Shown: positions 30,722 to 39,328 of the stretch, one piece after another
How positions within the stretch are numbered: position 1 is the first letter of the stretch
Layout of the letters: the number at the start of each line of letters is the position of its first letter
Origin: Candidatus Poribacteria bacterium
Lineage (GTDB): Bacteria; Poribacteria; WGA-4E; PCPOR2b
Direction: 5' to 3'
DNA: 64,000 nucleotides
Assembly: GCA_965218095.1 (NCBI GenBank)
Contig: OZ244587.1
Span: 64,001-128,000, forward strand
Position numbers and translations under genes: made by a program
The notes under the pieces: generated by a model
What the model was told of the DNA's origin: nothing
Database searches by the model: none
What the model saw: the letters and a program-made list of their open reading frames with translations, nothing else

Positions 30722-32722
30722 ATGTCGAATACCGAGCAGTACCGCTATGAACTTGCTTATGTATTCACCGAGCCTTCTCAACAGGTGAAGGATAGGCAAG
30801 TTTATGAAACCCGAGATCTCAACACGCCCTACACTTTTCCCGGCTACGCCAAGGCGGAATGGTTGGCGAAGGCGGCAGACCTCCGGGAGCATATTTTGGT
30901 CAGCACGGGACTGCTGCCGACGCCGGAAAAAACGCCGTTAAACCCACAGATCTTCGGAAGGATTGAACGAGAGGATTACACCGTTGAGAAGGTCTACTTT
31001 GAAGCTTATCCCGGTTTTTTCACGACAGGAAATCTCTACCGCCCGAAAGGGAAAACGGGACCGTTTCCGGGGATTGTCAGCCCACACGGGCATTGGGGCA
31101 GAGGGCGTCTGGAAAATAGCGAAGATGGCTCGGTCCCCGGTCGTTGTATCAACTTCGCCAAGCAAGGCTACGTGATCTTCTCACATGACATGGTTGGACG
31201 CTGCGACAGCGGAAAACAGATCGATCATCAGTACGGCGGTGCCCGCGAGGCGCTTTGGGGCTTGAGTTTGATGGGGCTTCAGCTTTGGAACGGCATCCGA
31301 TCCATCGATTTTTTGGAAACGCTGCCTGACGTTGATTCGGATCGGATTGGCTGCACCGGCGCATCGGGCGGGGGGACACAGACGTTCATGCTCACGGCGG
31401 TCGATGATCGGATCAAGGTGTCCGCGCCGGTCAACATGATCTCTGCGCACATGCAGGGTGGCTGCCTCTGCGAGAACGCCCCGAGCCTGCGATTGGACGT
31501 CAGCAACATAGAAATCGGGGCGCTGATGGCACCGCGTCCCCTATTGCTCGTTTCCGCGACGGGGGATTGGACGAAGAATACGCCCGCAGTCGAGTATCCC
31601 GCGATTCGCAGCATCTATGCACACTTCAACGCGGAGGACAAAGTGCATCAGGTGCAAATCAATGCAGGGCATAACTACAACAAAGACAGCCGTGAAGCTG
31701 TCTACACCTGGTTCGGGGTGTGGCTCCTGGGCGAAGATGACTCCACGAAATTTAAGGAGGTCCCGTTTGAAGTGGAGACGGATGAAGAGCTGCTGGTTTT
31801 TCATGACCGAGAACTTCCTGCGCACGCCCTTGATGTGGAAGGACTTACCCGCTCACGGATCGAAAGTGCTGAGAAGCAACTTGCCGCGCGTAAACCGACC
31901 AACGCGGAGGCGCTCAAGCGATTCCGCGAAGAGATGGGCGTCACGCTGCGGGGTTCGCTGGCAATTCGTATCCCCGATTCGACCCCGCCGAAGGTGATTG
32001 ACAGACCTGATTTCACCGCACATCCCACGCTGATTGGGCAAAACGAGGCAGGAAGTCCACTTCCAGCGATATTTTTTACCCCAAAACCTGCGACGGAGAA
32101 CGGTTCAGCAACGCTGATTGTTCACCCCGATGGTAAGGCGAATTTAATTGATTCGGAGACAGGTCAGCCGACGCGCTTAATCACTGACCTGCTCACCGCC
32201 GGAGAGTCGGTCTTAATGGTGGATGTCTTTTTGACTGGCGAGCACCAGCCTGCTGATGGACAGGCGATACGGGACGAGAGCGTTAGATACTTCACCACCT
32301 ACAACCGCACGGACGCTGCTCTGTGCGTCCAGGACATTTTGACTGCGCTCGCATATCTGAAGAGGAAAGCGGAAATTTCATCCGTTAACCTAGTTGGGCT
32401 TGGGGAGGCGGGCTTGTGGTGCCTCCTCGCCGCCGGATTCGCCAATGTTGACCGGGTCGCGGTTGATGCGAATAGGTTCGACAGTGATAACGACGAGGCG
32501 TACCTGCAATCCTTGCCGATACCGGGTATCCGCCGCGCCGGCGATTTTCGCACCGCGGGAACCCTTATCGCACCGCGTTATCTGCTCATCCACAACACGG
32601 GTAATGCTTTCCAGACGGATTGGATTACCGATGTGTATCGGACGGTTGGGGCGGTGGATTCCCTGAAGGTGAAAAGAGAAGCAGTATCGGAGGGAGAAAT
32701 CGTGGCGTGGTTTCTAGAGTAG
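30722..32722 (+). CDS. acetylxylan esterase-like tandem alpha/beta hydrolase
   Basis: PHGHW, IGCTGASGGGTQT nucleophile elbow, GGCLCENAP, HNYNKDSRE; GAGG SD before ATG 30722. Confidence 0.8.
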   Translation: MSNTEQYRYELAYVFTEPSQQVKDRQVYETRDLNTPYTFPGYAKAEWLAKAADLREHILVSTGLLPTPEKTPLNPQIFGRIEREDYTVEKVYFEAYPGFFTTGNLYRPKGKTGPFPGIVSPHGHWGRGRLENSEDGSVPGRCINFAKQGYVIFSHDMVGRCDSGKQIDHQYGGAREALWGLSLMGLQLWNGIRSIDFLETLPDVDSDRIGCTGASGGGTQTFMLTAVDDRIKVSAPVNMISAHMQGGCLCENAPSLRLDVSNIEIGALMAPRPLLLVSATGDWTKNTPAVEYPAIRSIYAHFNAEDKVHQVQINAGHNYNKDSREAVYTWFGVWLLGEDDSTKFKEVPFEVETDEELLVFHDRELPAHALDVEGLTRSRIESAEKQLAARKPTNAEALKRFREEMGVTLRGSLAIRIPDSTPPKVIDRPDFTAHPTLIGQNEAGSPLPAIFFTPKPATENGSATLIVHPDGKANLIDSETGQPTRLITDLLTAGESVLMVDVFLTGEHQPADGQAIRDESVRYFTTYNRTDAALCVQDILTALAYLKRKAEISSVNLVGLGEAGLWCLLAAGFANVDRVAVDANRFDSDNDEAYLQSLPIPGIRRAGDFRTAGTLIAPRYLLIHNTGNAFQTDWITDVYRTVGAVDSLKVKREAVSEGEIVAWFLE

Positions 32723-32789
32723 GTGTTTACCCACTCCTGAGACCTGAGCCCTGATACCTCTGAGAATTGCTAAGGAATTCTCAAAAAAC

Positions 32790-32818
32790 TTGACAAACCC
32801 GTTGCATTCTGCTATGAT
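32790..32818 (+). promoter_or_regulatory. sigma70 promoter (extended -10)
   Basis: TTGACA-17-TATGAT with a TG two bases upstream of the -10. Confidence 0.75.
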
Positions 32819-32823
32819 AATGG

Positions 32824-33166
32824 CGATTTCCGTATTGGTCAACAGGAGGATTTACACATTTGGGTGCACAGGTGAGGGGTGATTGGGTGTCACAACCACT
32901 CGCTACTCTACCACTCACACCATGGGCGGCCTTTAACAATGTGTCTACTATCATACTGACCAATACAGATAATGGCGATTTCCATAGGGGTCCACGACCC
33001 TCGCCCAAAACGAGGGTCATCGGCCACGGTTCAGAAATGGGAGTCTCAAAGCTAGTCGTGGCAAGGCTCCCGGAGGCTACCCCTTGTGGCACCGCTTTCC
33101 CGCTGAAAGGGATTGAAACACAGAAATAAAAAACCCGGTAGGAAATCTCCTACCGGGTTTTTTATT
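32824..33166 (+). ncRNA. candidate structured non-coding RNA (rod + hairpins + H-type pseudoknot)
   Basis: Bounded by promoter and terminator; multiple compatible helices; no convincing protein. Confidence 0.55.
33125..33166. terminator. bidirectional Rho-independent terminator
   Basis: AATAAAAAACCCGGTAGGA-AATC-TCCTACCGGGTTTTTTATT perfect inverted repeat with A and T tracts. Confidence 0.9.
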
Positions 33167-33335
33167 GCCGAAGCCGAATACACTTTGCACCGCAAGCAAT
33201 TGAGCTTTTTAAGCCCACAAAGATGGCCTCAGTAGAACATGCCCGAGAATCGAACATATTCTACGATACCCCGTCCAAAAAACGCAATCAAAAGCGGTGT
33301 TGAGTATAGAAGTCAATAGATACAGGGATACAAAG

Positions 33336-35261
33336 ATGCAGGCATACATCGAGAATCAGCAAACTGGACGGAAATACAGACATGCAGCGAGGTATCCTTG
33401 TTTGCTTGCCTCCTTGATAATAGCACTGATCATATTTGCTCGGTCAGCCGCCGTCGCCGGCCCTTCGATATCGATTACGCCTCGGATTCCTAAAATTTCT
33501 CCGTCGATTAATCTGGGGGCCTCGGGTGAGACGCTGCGGATTTGGGTACTTTTCACTGACAAGGGCGCCTTGACAACATCCAATCTCCAGGAGGCGCTGG
33601 ATCGGTATCAGGTGCAGATGTCAGATCGGGTGAAGAAACGTCGCAGATACCGTGCACATCTGAGCCGCCCGGATCTTACGGATCTGCCCCTCGAATCCCG
33701 CTACATTGATGCCGTGCTCCGGGTTGGTGGGAAGCTGCGTAGCCAGAGCCGATGGCTGAACGGCATTGGGCTGGAAGCGACAATGGAGGAGATTCGCGCA
33801 ATCGCACGTCTGCCGCTTGTCCGCGCAATCGATCCAATTCTGCGGCACACAGAGACTTTTGAACTTCCAGTCAGCGGCTCGGGTTCGTTGTCGCCGCGTG
33901 CGCCTTCTCCCGTTGTGGTATTGGACTACGGCAATGCCAGTGAACAGATTACACAGATTCAGGCGGACTTTCTGCATCAGGAGGGGTTTCTCGGAAAGAG
34001 CATCGTGATCGGATTGCTGGATACGGGGTTTAACCTTGCGCATACCGCACTTCCGGACGTGGACGTCCTCGCCCAGCACGATTTTGTCAACGACGATGAT
34101 AATACCGCCGATGAGATCGGTCAAGATGATCCGGATCAGGATGTCCATGGTTCAATTGTTTTGGGCATCCTCGCCGGCAAGGCGCCGGGGCAGCTTATTG
34201 GCGCCGCGCACCGCGCCAGCTATCTTCTCGCCAAAACGGAGAAAGTGACCGAAAATGGACGTAATTTTGAGCGGCAGATTGAGGAAGACTGGTGGATTGA
34301 GGGGCTTGAGTGGCTTGAAGAGATGGGCGCAGATGTAGTGAGCAGTTCGCTCGGTTATTTTGATTGGTATCGTTTCAGAGACCTGGACGGGAAGACCTCA
34401 AAAGTTACAGTTGCCGCGAACCTTGCCGTTCAAAAAGGGATGTCTGTCGTTATCGCTGCTGGAAATCTTGGTGCCCAACCACCGAGCAATGCGCTTGGGC
34501 TGCCGGGGCGAATTACCCCACCCGCAGACGGGTTTGACATTCTCGCAATCGGTGCTGTGGATCGCGATGGACAGGTGGCACCATTCAGTTCACGAGGACC
34601 CACCTTCGACGGACGCATTAAGCCAGACCTGATGGCGATGGGCGAAGACGTTACGAGCATTAACGCATCGACACGCGGTGACTTCTCCAGCAATTACCTG
34701 GGCACATCAGTTTCCACGCCGCTTGCTGCCGGTGTCGTGGCGCTGCTGCTGCAAGCCTTCCCGCTTGCGACGCCACAAGATATTGCCGATGCGCTCCGCA
34801 GGACTGCGTCGCAATCGGACAAGCCAGATAATACCGCTGGATACGGAGTTATTCGCGCGAGAGCCGCTTATGAGGCGCTGCTCGATCAATTTGGACAAAC
34901 GGGGTTTCCCAAACCGATTGCCGTCCAGCCAGCGCATGATCGGCTGCGGATTACCTGGGGAAAGCTGAAGCAGGGGGACCTTTTTCAGAATTACCCGAAC
35001 CCGTTCAATGCAGAGACATGGATGCCCTTTAAGCTGGCATTTCCCGGGCGGGTCACCATTCGGATCTACGACCTTCGTGGACAACTCGTCAATGTGCTTG
35101 AACCTGGGCATCTCCCTACAGGTAATTATTCCTCAAAGCATCGCGCCGCATACTGGAATGGGCGAAATCTCAACGGTGAACCTACCGCGAGCGGCAGTTA
35201 TTTTTACGTTTTGGAATTTTTGGGCCAAACGTATACGCGGAAGATGATTTTGCTGGAATGA
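33336..35261 (+). CDS. S8 (subtilisin-like) serine peptidase with C-terminal FlgD/T9SS-like Ig domain
   Basis: LDTG, HGS, AAGN, FSSRGP, KPD, GTSVSTP catalytic motifs; QNYPNPFN tail; start codon uncertain. Confidence 0.92.
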   Translation: MQAYIENQQTGRKYRHAARYPCLLASLIIALIIFARSAAVAGPSISITPRIPKISPSINLGASGETLRIWVLFTDKGALTTSNLQEALDRYQVQMSDRVKKRRRYRAHLSRPDLTDLPLESRYIDAVLRVGGKLRSQSRWLNGIGLEATMEEIRAIARLPLVRAIDPILRHTETFELPVSGSGSLSPRAPSPVVVLDYGNASEQITQIQADFLHQEGFLGKSIVIGLLDTGFNLAHTALPDVDVLAQHDFVNDDDNTADEIGQDDPDQDVHGSIVLGILAGKAPGQLIGAAHRASYLLAKTEKVTENGRNFERQIEEDWWIEGLEWLEEMGADVVSSSLGYFDWYRFRDLDGKTSKVTVAANLAVQKGMSVVIAAGNLGAQPPSNALGLPGRITPPADGFDILAIGAVDRDGQVAPFSSRGPTFDGRIKPDLMAMGEDVTSINASTRGDFSSNYLGTSVSTPLAAGVVALLLQAFPLATPQDIADALRRTASQSDKPDNTAGYGVIRARAAYEALLDQFGQTGFPKPIAVQPAHDRLRITWGKLKQGDLFQNYPNPFNAETWMPFKLAFPGRVTIRIYDLRGQLVNVLEPGHLPTGNYSSKHRAAYWNGRNLNGEPTASGSYFYVLEFLGQTYTRKMILLE

Positions 35262-35410
35262 AGGAAGATTTTGTGATGCAGATTGAGGAAGCGAAATCCC
35301 GACTTGTCGGGACACCGCTTTTGAGACTCGCGCTCCGGTGTCGCCAGACCGCAATTATGTCGTTCCACGCACGGCAGAAGTCGAAAATTAAATGCCCCTT
35401 TGTTTAGTCA

Positions 35411-35652
35411 TATAAATTCCCCACGAGAAAAAACAGGTTGAATTTCGGTGTTATTGGTCGTAAACTTTGCGATGAAATGATTCGGCGATACATTCACCCC
35501 AAAACTACCAATCGAAAGGAGGTGACTCTACTCAGTCGTCGGCAAACCTGTGAGCATTTGCCGACAACTCATACTCGAAGTCTGTCTGGACCTGTTTTTT
35601 CTGGGTCAGCCCCTCGGTAAACTCGATTGAGCTCATGCATGGGGAATTTGTA
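35411..35652. mobile_element. 242-bp MITE with 9-bp target duplication
   Basis: TIRs TATAAATTCCCCA / TGGGGAATTTGTA; GTTTAGTCA repeated at 35402-10 and 35653-61. Confidence 0.8.
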
Positions 35653-35767
35653 GTTTAGTCACTTTTTGGTTGGCAAGGGGAAGATTTTCGGTTATAATTA
35701 GATTTAAGTTTTGGAGACCCAAGTTCATTTAGGGCTCATATCAATCACCCTTAATATTGCAGGAGTC

Positions 35768-36454
35768 ATGACCATGGGATTTTTTAACCGGATGTCCACC
35801 ATCTTCAAAGCCAATGTGAATGCCGCATTGGATCAAGCTGAAGATCCAGAAAAAATGTTGAATCAGGTCACAACCGAAATGCAGGAGCAACTGGTAAAAG
35901 TCAAACAACAGGTTGCGACTGCCATCGCTGACGAGAAGCGGCTCCAAAAGGACCATGAGAACGAGCAAGAGCAAGCAGACGCCTGGGAGCAAAAAGCAAC
36001 CGTAGCCCTGCAGCGGGGGAATGAAGAGCTCGCCAAACAGGCGCTCACCCGTCGCAACGAGCATGCGAATATTGCGAGCAGCTACAAGGAACAGTGGGAA
36101 AAGCAGAAACAGGCTGTTGAAATGCTCAAGGATAATCTCCGAACGCTTGAACGGAAGATTGACGAGGCAAGACGCAAGAAAGACCTGCTAATCGCTCGAC
36201 AAAAGCGTGCAAAAGCTCAAAAGGCGATTCATGAGACGATGGCTGGTATGAAAGATGAGAGTGCTTTCGCCAGCTTTGATCGGATGGAAGCGAAAGTCGG
36301 GGATATGGAAGCGCGTGCGGATGCAGCCACCGAGATGTCCGAATTGAGCCGTGATTCGCTTGAGGATGAATTTGCAGCCCTTGAAACAGGAAGTGTAGAC
36401 GACGACCTGGCGGCGTTGAAAGCCAAATTGAGTGGAAGCAGCAGTACTTGTTGA
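35768..36454 (+). CDS. pspA: PspA/IM30 family protein
   Basis: KANVNAALDQAEDPEKML, coiled coil, FDRMEAKV, LEDEFAALE, LAALKAKL; TTGGCA-17-TATAAT upstream. Confidence 0.92.
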   Translation: MTMGFFNRMSTIFKANVNAALDQAEDPEKMLNQVTTEMQEQLVKVKQQVATAIADEKRLQKDHENEQEQADAWEQKATVALQRGNEELAKQALTRRNEHANIASSYKEQWEKQKQAVEMLKDNLRTLERKIDEARRKKDLLIARQKRAKAQKAIHETMAGMKDESAFASFDRMEAKVGDMEARADAATEMSELSRDSLEDEFAALETGSVDDDLAALKAKLSGSSSTC

Positions 36455-36525
36455 AAACGGCTTCCTAACATGCTCAAAGATCGCAGTATAAATGTCTTCG
36501 CGTGTTGGAAAAAAGGAGGAGAACG

Positions 36526-36942
36526 ATGTCAGAATTAAGAACGCAGGCAGGTATTGTCGCATTTCTAACGGAAAATGGGTATAGCGTCACCGAAGGGGAT
36601 GATATTCTCATCATCCAAGATGAGGACGGACTGAATATCTTCGCTGTAGTTGATGAAACACAGATTGAATTTCTGATTGATCTGTGCAGCGTTGACGAGC
36701 TTGACACCACCAAACTTGAGGAGATCTACGAGAAAATCCTTGATCAAAACACCGAAATCCTTCCGACCTGTTTCGGAATTGATTCGAGCGACCCTGACGA
36801 CAAGCAGCTTGTCTTAGTTGATAGCCTCGCAACAGAAAATCTGGATGCGAATGAGCTTTTACTGGCGCTGGACTCCCTCGCAGTCAACGTTGTTACCGCC
36901 CACGACCTGCTGCTCCCCTATCTTAAAACGGCAGCATCGTGA
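36526..36942 (+). CDS. YjfI/DUF2170 (CesT-like chaperone fold) protein
   Basis: Acidic 138 aa; N..ILPTCFGID and DSL..ENLD.NEL pattern; adjacent to pspA as in yjfI-yjfJ. Confidence 0.6.
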   Translation: MSELRTQAGIVAFLTENGYSVTEGDDILIIQDEDGLNIFAVVDETQIEFLIDLCSVDELDTTKLEEIYEKILDQNTEILPTCFGIDSSDPDDKQLVLVDSLATENLDANELLLALDSLAVNVVTAHDLLLPYLKTAAS

Positions 36943-37217
36943 GTAGATACAGTGTTCCAGCTTTAAACGAAAGTTCCCAGCCAGGTATGAAGTCGAAGTT
37001 GACTGGGCGTCGGACAAAGCCGCCGAGAACCTCGCAAAACCCCAAACGAAAGCGTAGCGAGTCGCAATCCTGTGTTTTGTTTATATTGAACTCAATCCCC
37101 GCCTAGTGGATTCAGTAGCAAACAGTTTATACAAATGTATACACTCGAACCCTGGGACCGTCTGATATGCAGATGGCGTATAGATTGTCAGGAAAAAGTG
37201 AATATCGACGGAGTTCA

Positions 37218-38327
37218 TCATTTCTCTCTATTTTCTCTTCTAAGCAACAGCGCTTGCGATCGGTGTTGCATGTTGATCTGGCGTCGTGACTTCGTTTTCG
37301 CCCATTCCTCCATTTGACTCCACACCGTGCCAACGGGTAGTTTCTTCGTGCATTCCCAGCTAATTTTGCATTTATGGGCGCTGCAGGGCCAGCACGGCAT
37401 ATCACGCCTGACGATCGTTGCTTCCTCGCTGAGTGGTTTCCAGGCGATATGATCGGTGGGCCCAAAGATCGCGACAGTTGGCACGTCCAATGCAGCAGCG
37501 ATGTGCATTGGGCCCGAGTCGTTGCATGCAAAGAGGTTGCAGCCTCCGATTAGCGCAGCAAGCTCCCGTATCGATTTCGGGGCGTAGGCAATCGGCTCAG
37601 ATTGCATGGCTTTCCGGAGGTTTCGTTCCAACTCGGCTTCTTCAGGACCCCGAAGGATCAAAATCTTTGCATCATGTTCCTGTACGAACGCATCGGCGAC
37701 TCGGGCGTAATTTTCCTCGGGCCACCGCTTATCAAACGAACTGCCGCCGGGGTGGATGCCAACTAAGAAGTCATTCGACTCAATCTTCCAATCCGTCAAC
37801 CGTTTTCTTGCCTGCGCAATCTCATCATCCAGCAAATTTAGCACCAACCGCCGATGCCCTTCCCCTTCACAGATCAGTCGCACCAGATCGAAATTTCGAT
37901 CGACTTCGTGAACATGCCCCTTCTCGTACTTTCCCTTCCAGGCGTGTGTCAGGGTACTTTTGAACCGTTTATGGCAGCGCCCCAACCGATACCTCGCCCC
38001 CGAGAAGAATGCAACAAAATTGGACCACGAAGCCGTCCGCACCGCGACGACGAGGTCATACTTTTCACATCGTAAGCTTCGGTAAAATCGCAAGCGATCA
38101 CGCAGCCATCGATGTTCTCCTTCCCGATCGAAGATCAGGACTCGATCGACATCCGGGTTGCCAATGAGGATCGGGACGTTCAACGGTTGGGCAAGTACCG
38201 CAATCTCTGCATCAGGGTAGTTCTGACGCAGCAAGGCAATGGCGGGCGTTGAATTGAGGAGATCACCAATGCCATCGTTGCGGATGATTAAGATTTTGTG
38301 GATGTTGGGAAGACGCCGATCAGACAC
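37218..38327 (-). CDS. glycosyltransferase family 9 (LPS heptosyltransferase-like)
   Basis: ILIIRNDGIGDLL, HPGGS..KRWP, NDSGPMHIAAA, FGPT. Confidence 0.93.
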   Translation of the reverse strand: MSDRRLPNIHKILIIRNDGIGDLLNSTPAIALLRQNYPDAEIAVLAQPLNVPILIGNPDVDRVLIFDREGEHRWLRDRLRFYRSLRCEKYDLVVAVRTASWSNFVAFFSGARYRLGRCHKRFKSTLTHAWKGKYEKGHVHEVDRNFDLVRLICEGEGHRRLVLNLLDDEIAQARKRLTDWKIESNDFLVGIHPGGSSFDKRWPEENYARVADAFVQEHDAKILILRGPEEAELERNLRKAMQSEPIAYAPKSIRELAALIGGCNLFACNDSGPMHIAAALDVPTVAIFGPTDHIAWKPLSEEATIVRRDMPCWPCSAHKCKISWECTKKLPVGTVWSQMEEWAKTKSRRQINMQHRSQALLLRRENREK

Positions 38328-38548
38328 AGTTTTTCCTTCGATTGACGATGATTAACTGAGGTCTTTAATCATAGCACAATTACACCCTAAAATCCAGCCA
38401 ATTGAATGCGGTCGATCCAAATGTCCGATCCGCGTTATGGACTCGACAACGCAGCCAGGGCGACCTTCGGGAGGATTTGACTGTAAGGGGATTCCGAATC
38501 GACTTGATAAGCGCAGTTAAGCATGGTACATTGAACACTTTGGACGCC

Positions 38549-39328
38549 TCACGTTTCATACCAGTTATGGATGACGTAGACCGGATCAGATCCATCCGCC
38601 AGGCGAATGGTCGCCCGATCCGCCCCCGCCACAAATTCATTCCGTAAGGTGTTGGTCAGATCCGAGTCGACGTGGAGCCCATCTAATTTCCAGCGGAGGT
38701 TCATGCTGCTCTCCGCAGTGACATTGGGGTGCTCGGCAACGAGGGATACACGCTGTAAACCCGCATTTTTTCGTTCTAAGGTCAAATCCGAAATGACGAG
38801 ATGAATTGTTTGAAAGACATCCCGCATTTCGGCTTTGTAGGGCAAGCTGGCAGCATGCCCCACTTCTGATGCCCCATGTCCCTGAGAGAACGCCCGTAAC
38901 CCGAAGCGCATCAGCTTCAGATTTCCGAGAAAGTGATCCGTTTCGTAACCGTCGGGGCAAGGCAGCCCACCGTAGATGACGATGTGCTGGGAGGCATATT
39001 CCTCGACTGCGTAGGTAACCGCCAACTGCCCGTCCGTGTAATCCTTGTCCACCTTCCCGACCCACTCGCGGACGATGTGCATGCCAGAACGCTGCAACTG
39101 TTCAATGGCGTCCGCAGGCATCCCTTCGAGGGAATCGAGGTCGCCGATCAGGACATCTGGGGCAAACTGCGTTCCGTCAGTGTGATTGAGGCTGCGGAAT
39201 AACCAGATACCACCGTCTGCGCAGATTAGGGGATGGCTGTTTTCCAATCCCCACGCAATCTCCTGTTTGTAAAATTCAGGATGGCGCGGGTCATAATAAC
39301 CGTTGAGGAAGATTTGAGCGGATTTCAT
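38549..39328 (-). CDS. thiN: thiamine pyrophosphokinase
   Basis: ICADGG, IGDLDS, DKDYTDGQLA, DHFLGNL, LRNE. Confidence 0.8.
   Translation of the reverse strand: MKSAQIFLNGYYDPRHPEFYKQEIAWGLENSHPLICADGGIWLFRSLNHTDGTQFAPDVLIGDLDSLEGMPADAIEQLQRSGMHIVREWVGKVDKDYTDGQLAVTYAVEEYASQHIVIYGGLPCPDGYETDHFLGNLKLMRFGLRAFSQGHGASEVGHAASLPYKAEMRDVFQTIHLVISDLTLERKNAGLQRVSLVAEHPNVTAESSMNLRWKLDGLHVDSDLTNTLRNEFVAGADRATIRLADGSDPVYVIHNWYET

Noticed and set aside
32816-32983. Mini-CRISPR or retron reading of the direct repeat
   Set aside because: Only two 16-nt repeats with a 136-nt self-complementary interval; no cas or reverse transcriptase gene nearby
32860-33129. 89-aa ORF with AGGAGG and TTG start spanning the candidate ncRNA
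   Set aside because: Weak start with long SD spacing, no recognisable protein features, and the sequence is better explained by RNA helices; not fully excluded
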